From Eledone cirrhosa (taxonomy: Eukaryota), in NCBI GenBank assembly GCA_964016885.1, contig OZ024747.1, positions 48,360,001 through 48,424,000 of the forward strand: a DNA stretch of 64,000 nucleotides, written 5' to 3'. The notes below the pieces were generated by a model that was given only the letters and a program-made list of their open reading frames with translations, had not been told where the DNA came from and ran no database searches. Shown here piece by piece: positions 52,512 to 64,000 of this stretch (positions are counted from its first letter, which is position 1; every line of letters begins with the position of its first letter). The position numbers and the translations under genes were made by a program.

Positions 52512-53189
52512 CAGCACAATAAAACAAAAATAATAATAATAATAATTGACCATCCCTGCGGAACCCTCTATGGTTAAGCCCAGTCAACCTTATGAATAAT
52601 ACGACCCTGCATAAAAACAATAGCAACAGTAATAACATCAACAATAACGACAATAACGACATCATCAGCACTAACAATATCATGATCATGATCATAATCA
52701 TCATCATCAATAACAACAGCATCAACACCAACAATATCAACGACATCATCATCAATACCATCAACAGCAACAACACCAATAATATATTGTAGCCTGCCAC
52801 ACCCCCTCCCCACTGCATTGGCCATGAATGACCATGGGCTTGCACCCAGAAAATTCCCCTCCCGGGCCGAAACCAAAGTAAGGTGGTTTTTTTTGTGTGG
52901 AAGACCAGCAGTCACCCATGCATGTCAGTCTCCTCTCTCCACGTCACCAATGTTGTCCAAGGTAAAGGCAATGACCTATGCAGCTGGCACTAGCAATACC
53001 AGTGGTATTAGCGACATCTTCATCACGGGTACATCTCGTTGTTGTCAGCTGAACGAACAGGATCAACGGGAAATAAAGTGTCTTGCTCAAGGATGCAAGG
53101 TACCGCCCAGTTCGGGAATCGAACTCACAACCTCATGATTGTGAGCCTAACTCTCAAACCACTAAGTCACGTACCTTCAATTCACCAAT

Positions 53190-53624
53190 AACAATCATCA
53201 TCAACAGTATCAAAACGCCAGCAATCACAATAATTCGACCACCACAACACACACCACTAACAATGACAATAACATTAACAACAACATCAACAATACCAAT
53301 AAACAATACCACCAACACAACCACCCTAAACACAACCCCTACCACCAACATCAACAACATCAACACCACAACCACCACCACCATTACCACCATCACCACC
53401 AACACCACCACCACCTCTAACAACAACCTAAACAACACCAACAACTACAACACAAACAACACCAACAACAACAGCAACAGCAACACCACCACCAACAACA
53501 ACACCAACAACAACAGCAACAGCAACAACACCAGCAACAACAACACCACCACCAAGAACACCAGCAACAATACCACCACCACCACCACCACCACCACCAC
53601 CAACACCCCCAACAACAACAACAG

Positions 53625-53656
<32 letters not shown>

Positions 53657-54200
53657 GCAACATCAACATCAACAATATCAACAACAATATCAACAACAAC
53701 ATCAACAACACCACCACCACCACCAACAACACCAACAACACCAACAAACAACACCAACAACACCACCACCACCACCAACAACAACACCAACAACACCAAC
53801 AAACTACACCAACAACACCACCACCTCCAACAACACCAACAACAACACCAACAACACCACCACCTCCAACAACACCACCACCAACAACAACAACAGCAAC
53901 AAATAACACCACCAACAACAACATCACCACCAACAACAACAACAGCAATACCACCACCACCACCAACAACAACACCAACAAATAACACCACCACCAACAA
54001 CGACACCACCAACAACACCAACTAACAACACCACAACCACCACCAACACAACAACAACACCACCAACACCACCACCACCACCAACACAACAACAACACCA
54101 CCAACACCACCACCACCACCAACAACAACACCACCACCTCCAACACCACCACCACCAACAACAACAACAACAACAACACCAACAAATAACACCAACAACA
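53190..54200. repeat. CAA/CAC trinucleotide tract
   Basis: Direct reading. Confidence 0.95.
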
Positions 54201-54589
54201 ATGGTCTCAAGAGAATGGTAGATTCCATTATGATTGGAACTTCTTCAACATTTTCTTTAAATTATTTCTTGATTATTCCTTTCTTTGCAATTCTTTGTTT
54301 GTTTGTTTCTTTCTTATTTATTTATTTATTTATTTATTGCTGTTCATATCACGTCAACAAGTTTGCAACACTACACGCCCATACATAAGGCTTCTAAGTT
54401 GTCGAACGACCTTCTAGAAGCAGTAGTTATACACGTTACCGACATGAAAATGGAAGGATATATTAAATAATGTAGTCCATGATATATGGCAGGATGGTCA
54501 TGGATGAAAGGCCTTTGATCAGACAGAAGTCTGCTCAATCAGATTTGGCATTGAGCTAAACAACAGCTCAATCTATATATAAATGAAAA

Positions 54590-54920
54590 TAGACCTCCGT
54601 CGGTTTCGGTGATTACTGTTTTAGTTGGTCGATCAACGGAACAATCTGTACGTGCAAGTGGCTGAGTATCTCACAGACATATGTACCTTTAATGTAATAC
54701 TTTGGGAATTTAGAGCGAAACATTGTGTGACGAAGCTGGCTTTTTTAGATTGCAAGTATAATCCATCTGATTGGATTCCATACAGATTCCTTCCACCTAT
54801 TTTCACTCACAACGATTGGACCGAGATATAGTAAAGGCACTTGTCTAAGGTGTCACACAGTGAGATTGAACCCGGAACCTTATACTTACAAAGCGAAATT
54901 CTTAATCATTCCGCCATGCC
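54590..54920 (-). mobile_element. tRNA-derived SINE (third family)
   Basis: Minus strand ggcatggcggaatgattaag...gggttcaatctc (A/B boxes) and a body with gatcaacggaaca. Confidence 0.6.
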
Positions 54921-54989
54921 TCAGTCAATTCCTATATGTCAAACCCTCAATGTTGCAGCAGTAACTCAACTGTCTCAACTGTTGAGCCC

Positions 54990-56892
54990 CGTTGTTGACC
55001 AAACAATATCTCCCTCAAAACTAGAATCAGAATAATATTCCAGTCTCGAGGCATGGATACATTGAAGCTCCGACGTCTGGTAACTGACTTGGTAGACACC
55101 CGCAAAATTATTAACCACCTTCCCAACAACGAGCCTGAGCACCTCTTTGAATTCCACATGTCTAAACCCGTGAACATGCTTACAAAGTCAGAAAACATTA
55201 CAGCTCCCATAACTTTTGGAAACATATTTACACGCTCAGAGTTGCTGAAGCATAGAACAAACTACCTGCATCAGTTGTTAGCTGTTGAGACAATGCATCC
55301 CTCAAAACTTCCATAGAACAAACTACCTGCATCAGTTGTTAGCTGTCGGGACACTGCATCCCTCAAAACTTCCATAGAACAAACTACCTGCATCAGTTGT
55401 TAGCTGTCGAGACAATGCATCCCTCAAAACTTCTATAGAACAAACTACCTGCATCAGTTGTTAGCTGTCGGGGCACTGCATCCCTCAAAACTTCCATAGA
55501 ACAAACTACCTGCATCAGTTGTTAGCTGTCGGGACACTGCATCCTTCAAAACTTCCATAGAACAAACTACCTGCATCAGTTGTTAGCTGTCGAGACACTG
55601 CATCCTTCAAAACTTCCATAGAACAAACTACCTGCATCAGTTGTTAGCTGTCGGAACACTGCATCCTTTAAAACTTCCATAGAACAAACTACCTGCATCA
55701 GTTGTTAGCTGTCGGGACACTACATCCTTCAAAACTTTCATAGAACAAACTACCTGCATCAGTTGTTAGCTGTCGGGACACTGCATCCTTCAACACTTCC
55801 ATAGAACAAACTACCTGCATCAGTTGTTAGCTGTCGAGACAATGCATCCCTCAAAACTTCTATAGAACAAACTACCTGCATCAGTTGTTAGCTGTCGGGA
55901 CACTGCATCCTTCAAAACTTCCATAGAACAAACTACCTGCATCAGTTGTTAGCTGTCGGGACACTGCATCCTTTAAAACTTCCATAGAACAAACTACCTG
56001 CATCAGTTGTTAGCTGTCGGGACACTGCATCCTTCAAAAGATCCATAGAACAAACTACCTGCATCAGTTGTTAGCTGTCGGGACACTGCATCCTTCAAAA
56101 CTTCCATAGAACAAACTACCTGCATCAGTTGTTAGCTGTCGGGACACTACATCCTTCAAAACTTCCATAGAACAAACTACCTGCATCAGTTGTTAGCTGT
56201 CGGGACACTGCATCCTTCAAAACTTCCATAGAACAAACTACCTGCATCAGTTGTTAGCTGTCGGGACACTACATCCTTCAAAACTTCCATAGAACAAACT
56301 ACCTGCATCAGTTGTTAGCTGTCGGGACACTGCATCCTTCAAAACTTCCATAGAACAAACTACCTGCATCAGTTGTTAGCTGTCGGGACACTACATCCTT
56401 CAAAACTTCCATAGAACAAACTACCTGCATCAGTTGTTAGCTGTCGGGACACTGCATCCTTCAACACTTCCATAGAACAAACTACCTGCATCAGTTGTTA
56501 GCTGTCGAGACACTGCATCCTTCAAAACTTCCATAGAACAAACTACCTGCATCAGTTGTTAGCTGTCGGGACACTGCATCCTTCAACACTTCCATAGAAC
56601 AAACTACCTTCATCAGTTGTTAGCTGTCGAGACGCTGCATCCTTCAAAACGTCCATAGAACAAACTACCTGCATCAGTTGTTAGCTGTCGAGACGCTGCA
56701 TCCTTCAAAACGTCCATGCTTCCCGAAATTCGCGAACACTACACCTGATATTCCGCCTCCATACACACAAAGGCATGCATTTGTGTGTACATCATGACTC
56801 ATACATTGTTCACTTTACTGACATTTGTACAGGCACCTTTGATGAGTTGTAGTGCATCTGAGCATTGTAAACAATAATTTTCATTATTATTT
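54990..56892 (+). mobile_element. CR1-like LINE 3' end containing a tandem expansion
   Basis: TLKLRRLVTDLVDTRKII...LFEF / RVAEA*NKLPASVVSCRDTASFK-like terminus; tail ending aataattttcattattatt. Confidence 0.7.
55251..56714. repeat. 61-bp tandem repeat, ~24 copies
   Basis: catagaacaaactacctgcatcagttgttagctgtcgggacactgcatccttcaaaacttc. Confidence 0.95.
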
Positions 56893-57294
56893 AACACTTT
56901 CGCCACCATATTTATTATGAAAGACACTGCCTATGATTTTCAAATCATTTCGAAAAGAATCAAACTTTGGAAGTATTTAATAATATAACTAACATTTTCA
57001 TTATTAAGCTGGCGTAGAGCAGTGGATTGGCAGTAGTAGTAGTGCGTCGGACAAAATGCTTTGTAATGTTTAGTTACGATCCTTTACGTTGTGAGTTCAA
57101 ATCCCACCGAATTCAGCTTTGTCCTTCGATACTTCTGGAGTTGGAAAATAAAGTAACACTTAAGTAATGAGGTCGATATGATAGACTTTCCTCTCTCCAC
57201 ATATCAATGGTTTGGGGCTGTTTTATTATGGCAATGGACACAGCAGCGGCAGCTATGGTTACAAAACAAGTAGTAGTAGTAGTAGTAGTAGTAA

Positions 57295-57327
<33 letters not shown>

Positions 57328-57391
57328 TAGTAGTAGTAACAGTGGCAGTACAAATATAGACGTTGTAAGAGGGGTTAAGGGTCATTGAAGC

Positions 57392-59510
57392 TGTTACAGT
57401 AACTGTTACAGTTACTGTAACAGTAACTGTAACAGTTACTGTTATACTTACAGTTACTGTTACAGTTACTGTTACAGTTACTGTAACAGTAACTGTAACA
57501 GTAACAGTTACTGTTATACTTACAGTTACTGTTACAATTACTGTTACAGTTACTGTAACTGTAACAGTAACTGTAAGTATAACAGTTACTGTTACAGTAA
57601 CTGTAACAGTAACTGTAACAGTAACTGTTATAGTTACTGTAACTGTAACAGTTACTGTTACAGTAACTGTAACAGTTACTGTTACAGTTACTGTAACTGT
57701 AACAGTTACTGTTACAGTAACTGTAACAGTTACTGTTATACTTACAGTTACTGTTACAGTAACTGTAACAGTAACTGTAACAGTAACTGTAACAGTAACT
57801 GTAACAGTAACTGTAACAGTTACTGTAACAGTAACTGTTACAGTAACTGTAACAGTAACTGTAACAGTAACTGTAACAGTTACTGTAACAGTAACTGTAA
57901 CAGTTACTGTTACAGTAACTGTAACAGTTACTGTAACTGTAACAGTTACTGTTATACTTACAGTTACTGTTACAGTTACTGTAACTGTAACAGTTACTGT
58001 TACAGTTACTGTTACAGTAACTGTTACAGTTACAGTAACTGTAACAGTAATTGTAACAGTAACTGTAAGTATAACAGTAACTGTTACAGTTACTGTTACA
58101 GTAACTGTTACAGTTACTGTAACTGTAACAGTTACTGTTACAGTAACTGTAACAGTAACTGTTACAGTTACTGTTACAGTTACAGTAACTGTAACAGTAA
58201 CAGTAACAGTAACTGTAACAGTAACTGTAACAGTAACTGTAACAGTAACTGTAACAGTTACTGTAACAGTAACTGTTACAGTTACTGTAACTGTAACAGT
58301 TACTGTTACAGTAACTGTAACAGTTACTGTTACAGTTACTGTTACAGTTACTGTTACAGTTACTGTTACAGTTACTGTAACAGTAACTGTAACAGTTACT
58401 GTTACAGTAACTGTAACAGTAACTGTAACAATAACTGTAACAGTTACTGTAACAGTAACTGTTACAGTAACTGTAACAGTAACTGTAACAGTAACTGTAA
58501 CAGTTACTGTAACAGTAACTGTAACAGTTACTGTTACAGTAACTGTAACAGTTACTGTTATACTTACAGTTACTGTTACAGTTACTGTAACTGTAACAGT
58601 TACTGTTACAGTTACTGTTACAGTAACTGTTACAGTTACAGTAACTGTAACAGTAATTGTAACAGTAACTGTAAGTATAACAGTAACTGTTACAGTTACT
58701 GTTACAGTAACTGTTACTGTTACAGTTACTGTTACTGTTACTGTTACAGTTACTGTAACAGTAACAGTAACTGTAACAGTAACTGTTACAGTTACTGTTA
58801 CAGTTACAGTAACTGTAACAGTAACAGTAACAGTAACTGTAACAGTAACTGTAACAGTAACTGTAACAGTAACTGTAACAGTTACTGTAACAGTAACTGT
58901 TACAGTTACTGTTACAGTAACTGTAACAGTAACTGTAACAGTAACTGTAACAGTAACTGTTACAGTTACTGTAACTGTAACAGTTACTGTTACAGTAACT
59001 GTAACAGTTACTGTTATACTTACAGTTACTGTTACAGTAACTGTAACAGTAACTGTAACAATAACTGTAACAGTTACTGTAACAGTAACTGTTACAGTAA
59101 CTGTAACAGTAACTGTAACAGTAACTGTAACAGTTACTGTAACAGTAACTGTAACAGTTACTGTTACAGTAACTGTAACAGTTACTGTAACTGTAACAGT
59201 TACTGTTATACTTACAGTTACTGTTACAGTTACTGTAACTGTAACAGTTACTGTTACAGTTACTGTTACAGTAACTGTTACTGTTACAGTTACTGTTACT
59301 GTTACTGTTACAGTTACTGTAACTGTAACAGTAACTGTGACAGTTACTGTTACAGTTACTGTTACTGTTACAGTTACTGTAACAGTAACTGTTACAGTTA
59401 CAGTAACTGTAACAGTTACTGTTACAGTAACTGTAACAGTAACAGTAACAGTAACAGTAACTGTAACAGTAACTGTTACAGTTATAGTTACTGTTCCTGT
59501 TACTGTTACT
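57392..59510. repeat. Self-complementary hexamer satellite (GTWACW)n, ~2.1 kb
   Basis: Mixture of gtaact/gttaca/gttact/gtaaca; same consensus on both strands. Confidence 0.95.
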
Positions 59511-60369
59511 GCTACTTTTATTGCTGGTGTTGTTATTGTTGTCATGTGGAGAGGTAGGAGGGACGAAACAATCCAATGTCCTTGAAAAATACTACAAGAA
59601 TACATACAACATACACATATACATACATATATACACATACGTACATGCGACATACAATTATATATTCAACATACATACACATACATACGACATACGTACT
59701 CATACCTACAACATACATACATACATACAACATACACACGTACATACATACAACATATACATATACGAACATACAACTAACATATACGTACGTACATACA
59801 ACATACATATACGTACATACATACAGCACACATATATACATACAACATACATACATACATACATGCAACATCCATGCAACATACACGTACATACATACAT
59901 ATACATATGTTCATACATACATACATACATAAATACATACATACATTCTATCATACATACATATATACATACATTACTGCATGGTGGCTGCCAACTCCTT
60001 TTCGAGTACGGCCACAACTTTATATCCATGTAGGAGAACCCTTACCGATGCGCTGAACGAGTGTGACTTTTTAGTCCAGCCAGCGACTTGAAAACTCTGG
60101 TACAAAGACTACACTTGTGACAATTATTGACACATAGTGCTGGGCCCATGGTACCATGTGACGACAAGTGCAGAGAGATCTCCAGATATAAAGCAATGCC
60201 TGTGCCGTGAAGCTTTTATAGTGAGCAAAGGCACTGCACAAAGCCAGTCCCACTCTCTTAACCAAGATGATATTTACCAAAAAGAAGGACAAGTCAACAT
60301 TATTGGATACCATCATTGGATACCATATATGCATATATAGATGCATACATAAAATCTTCCATACATACA

Positions 60370-60482
60370 TAATAATTGTTTCTACTTTAGGCACAAGGCC
60401 AGCAATTATCCCAGTGTATTACTGGTACTTTATTTTATCGACCCCGTAAAGATGAAAGACAAAGTTAACCTCGGCGGGATTT
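60370..60482 (-). mobile_element. Truncated major SINE
   Basis: Consensus 3' half. Confidence 0.8.
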
Positions 60483-60484
60483 TG

Positions 60485-61210
60485 ATGACTATAATGATAA
60501 TGGTGGTGATGTTGATGATGATAATTATGGTGGTGATGGTGGTGATGATGGTGACGTTGAGGATGATAATTATGGTGGTGGTGTGGTGGTGCTGGTGATG
60601 ATGGTGATGATGATGATAATGATAGTGGTGGTGGTGGTGATAGTGATGATGATAATTATGGTGGTGTTGATGTTGATGATGATAATTATAGTGGTGGTGA
60701 TGATGGTGGTGGTGGTGGTGATGGTAATGATAATTATGGTGGTGGTGGTGGTGATGATAATTATGGTAGTGGTGGTGGTGGTGGTGGTGGTGATGGTGGT
60801 GGTGATGATGATAATTATAGTGGTGGTGGTGATGGTGATGATGATGATAATTATAGTGGTGGTGGTGGTGGTGATGTTGATGATGATAATTATAGTGGTG
60901 GTGGTGGTGATGGTGATGATGATGATAATTATAGTGGTGGCAATGGTGGTGATGTTGATGATGATAATTATAGTGGTGGTGGTGGTGGTGGTGATGATAA
61001 TTATGGTGGTGGTGGTGGTGGTGGTGGTGGTGGTGGTGGTGATGGTGGTGATGATAATTATAGTGGTGATGATGGTGATGTTGAAGATGATAATTATAGT
61101 GGTGGTGGTGATGGTGGTGGTGATGATAATTATAGTGTAGGAGGAGGTGGTGGTGGTGGTGGTGGTGATGACGACTATAATGATAACGGTGGTGATGGTG
61201 GTGATGGTAA
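60485..61210. repeat. GGT/GAT/TAA trinucleotide-derived minisatellite
   Basis: Direct reading. Confidence 0.9.
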
Positions 61211-61439
61211 TAACAAACAAAACACAGCCCGGGGATGATTCACACATATACCAGATTCACTGGCCTCATTTGAAGTTATATCTCCTAAAGGTTCCTGAGG
61301 TATTTCAATGATAGGGGCCCTCGTATCTCGAAAAGCAATGTGAAATGAAGTTTGTTGCTGAAGAACACAACATGTTGGTATGGAATCCACGACCTTATGA
61401 TCGTGAAACCATCATCCGAACATATAGGACATGCTCCTT

Positions 61440-61728
61440 GTACTTGTACTTGTACTTGGGTCGACATTCACCCTGGGCGGGTTGAGCCGGCTTCTTCCCT
61501 TGTCCTGACGGCATCCAGAACCATGGCAGCCCACGCACGACGGTCCCAGGCTAGGTCACTGGAGATAGCGAGCCAGTCACGGTTCCATCGGCGCAGGCCG
61601 ATCACCTGCGGACCTGAGAGTTCGGAGAGGTCCTCCTTGATCGTCGTTGCCCAGGTCTTCAGCTGCCCGCCAACGCGCTTGAGCCAGTTAGGGAGAGGAG
61701 GTGGGAGGAGAATATCGCGGATCAGCTC
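61440..61728 (-). mobile_element. Young 5'-truncated RTE-clade LINE end with (CAAGTA)n tail and 11-bp TSD
   Basis: Open frame ELIRDILLPPPLPNWLKRVGGQLKTWATTIKEDL...DRRAWAAMV...STRPG*; acatgctcctt at 61429-61439 and 61729-61739. Confidence 0.85.
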
Positions 61729-62259
61729 ACATGCTCCTTCACTGAAGGGGATACATATTGAGCAAAAGGGGGGCGTAAATATTCTTTAATTGGTCACAAG
61801 GGCCCACGATTTGGACCGAAGTAGAAAGGAGAATACATGGTGGTGATGTTGGTGGGGTGGTGGTGGCAGTGGTAGTTGTGCTGGTGGTAGTGGTGATGTT
61901 AGTGATGGTGGTGGTGGTGGTGGTGATAGTGGTGGTGGTAGTGATAGCGGTGGTGGTGATGTCAGTGATGGTGGTGGTAGTGGTGGTGATGGTGATGTTA
62001 GTGATGGTGGTGGTAGTGGTGATGATGGTGGTGGTGTTGTTGGTGATGTTAGTGATAGTGGTGGTGGTGGTGGTGGTAGTGGTGATGTTGAATATGGTTG
62101 TGGTGTTGGTGGTGATGTTAGTGATGGTGTTGGTGGTGGTGGTGCTGTTAGTGATGGTGGTGGTAGAGGTGGTGATGGTGGCAGTGGTTTCGATAGAGCA
62201 GTTGTGGTAGTGATTGGTACCGTTAGTGTTATAACGACAGGCGAAGGTGAAGTGCTGGT

Positions 62260-62650
62260 TAAAGTGGGGTAGAGTTGGGTAAGTTGGGTTAGGGTTGGGC
62301 AAAGTGGGGTAGGGTTGAGTTAGGGTTGGGCAAAGTGGAGTAGATTTCGGTAAGGTGGGGTAGGGTTGTGGAAAGTGGGGTGGGTTGGGAAAAGTGGGTA
62401 GGTTTGGGTAAGTTGGGGTAGGGTTGGGCAAAGTGGAAAGGGTTGGGCAAAGTGGGGTAGGTTTAGGTAAGTTGGGGTAAGGGTTGGGCAAAGTGGAAAG
62501 GGTTGGGCAAAGTGGGTAGGTTTGGGTAAGTTGGGGTAAGGTTGGGCAAAGTGGGGTAGGGTTGGGTAAGGTGGCGTAGGGTTGGAAAATTGGGGTATGG
62601 TTGGGTAAGGTGGCGTAGGGTTGGGCAAAGATGGGGTAGGGTTGCCTAAG
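62260..62650 (+). repeat. G-rich ~20-bp degenerate minisatellite (gggttgggcaaagtggggta)
   Basis: Dense GGG runs. Confidence 0.85.
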
Positions 62651-62874
62651 TTATTGAGGGTACAGTAAGTTAAGATATTATTAAGGATAGGATAAATAAA
62701 TTAGGGATGAAAATTGTTGCAGATTTCGAGACTGATTTTTACGTCTGGACGAAAAAGGCGTTGGCCATGTAGAGTTGCTGGGCGGTGGCAACAACAGCAA
62801 CAACAGCAACAATAACAACGATAATAATAATAATAAAATAATAAAATATGAGAAAAGAAATGACGTGAGAGAGT

Positions 62875-63074
62875 NNNNNNNNNNNNNNNNNNNNNNNNNN
62901 NNNNNNNNNNNNNNNNNNNNNNNNNNNNNNNNNNNNNNNNNNNNNNNNNNNNNNNNNNNNNNNNNNNNNNNNNNNNNNNNNNNNNNNNNNNNNNNNNNNN
63001 NNNNNNNNNNNNNNNNNNNNNNNNNNNNNNNNNNNNNNNNNNNNNNNNNNNNNNNNNNNNNNNNNNNNNNNNNN
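62875..63074. other. Assembly gap (200 N)
   Basis: N run. Confidence 1.
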
Positions 63075-63154
63075 AATTGTTTATTCCGACGACCGATTTT
63101 GACGTCGTAGATTGCACGTATACATACACACACACACACACATACACACACACA

Positions 63155-63230
<76 letters not shown>

Positions 63231-63673
63231 CATACAAATACGTGTTTTGCAACGGGTCACATTGTGGCTCAATGAAAAGTTAAATTAAATAATCAGAGCT
63301 ATATATCATAAAACATGTCTATAGAATCACCAGATAAAATATATACCATTTCCTCTCCCAATTAGCATAATCAACTATATAAAAAATCGAATAGACCAGG
63401 CTATAAAAATCGAATAGACCAAGCTATAAGAATAAGGCTTCTATGAAGAAATCCCCAACAAATAACCGAAACTAGCCCTTCGCGTCGGCTGCGACGGAAT
63501 ATTTATCGAATATTTCGACAGCGAAATCGCCCAGATATACAGTTAATTAAACAGAATTAGGTGTAAAATAAACTAGGAGAAAAGATATATATATATATAT
63601 ATACATATATATACATACACACATACATACATACATGCATACATACATACATACAAAACCAGCGAGAACAGAT

Positions 63674-63849
63674 TAATTGTTTCTACGTTTGGCACAAGGT
63701 CACCAATTACCCCAATGCATTACTGGTACTTTATTTTCTACACCCCGTCAAAGTTAACCTCGGCGGGATTCGAACTCAGAACGTAAAGGGCCATAACTCT
63801 ATGCTGCAAAGCATGGTGTCTGACGCTCTACCGATACTGCCATTCCACC
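63674..63849 (-). mobile_element. Major SINE copy
   Basis: Consensus match with an internal deletion. Confidence 0.85.
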
Positions 63850-64000
63850 TATTAGTGAGAACAGAATAATAACGGACATCTGTTTCGAAGCCTTCAGCTT
63901 TTTACCCAGATTATAAATTCACATTTATATCGATAATTATAGGAACACTTGGCTATGTTAATAAAAATCTACGTGATAATCTAGAAAGTGTTTTCAGGCA

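Noticed and set aside
53083-54228. Mucin-like T/N-rich ORFs
   Set aside because: CAA/CAC microsatellite; the ORF starts within a SINE
55251-56714. CRISPR-like 61-bp periodicity
   Set aside because: The whole unit is repeated; there are no variable spacers
57113-59653. 846-aa VT-repeat and 733-aa CYS/CNS ORFs
   Set aside because: Hexamer satellite artefact
62743-62790. Possible micro-exon QLYMANAFFVQ on the minus strand
   Set aside because: Too short, weak splice sites, phase incompatible with the candidate exon at 51562

Overview
AT-rich, microsatellite-saturated animal genomic DNA. The tRNA-SINE, RTE and microsatellite landscape suggests a cephalopod such as Octopus (inference). Almost all long ORFs in the track are repeat artefacts. 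Real coding remnants are retrotransposons: a near full-length Tx1-type LINE (11.2-17.0 kb) plus further ends of that family, all in (TATC)n; decayed RTE LINEs; an R4/Dong-like LINE; a CR1-like 3' end; and a Penelope GIY-YIG remnant. There are also many SINEs, a Helitron, a hAT MITE and TE-derived satellites. The main unexplained signal is a dense set of type I hammerhead ribozyme (HHR) motifs: about 10 loci and about 16 copies counting both strands. They sit in short non-coding elements inserted in (TA)n tracts, either as 5'-to-5' fold-back palindromes or as ~440-490 bp tandem units (retrozyme-like). The three tandem-unit elements each carry an ATGCAAAT octamer ~120-130 nt upstream of the predicted cleavage site, and one array shows a compensatory base-pair change in stem II. 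All folds were done by eye; nothing was searched or computed.
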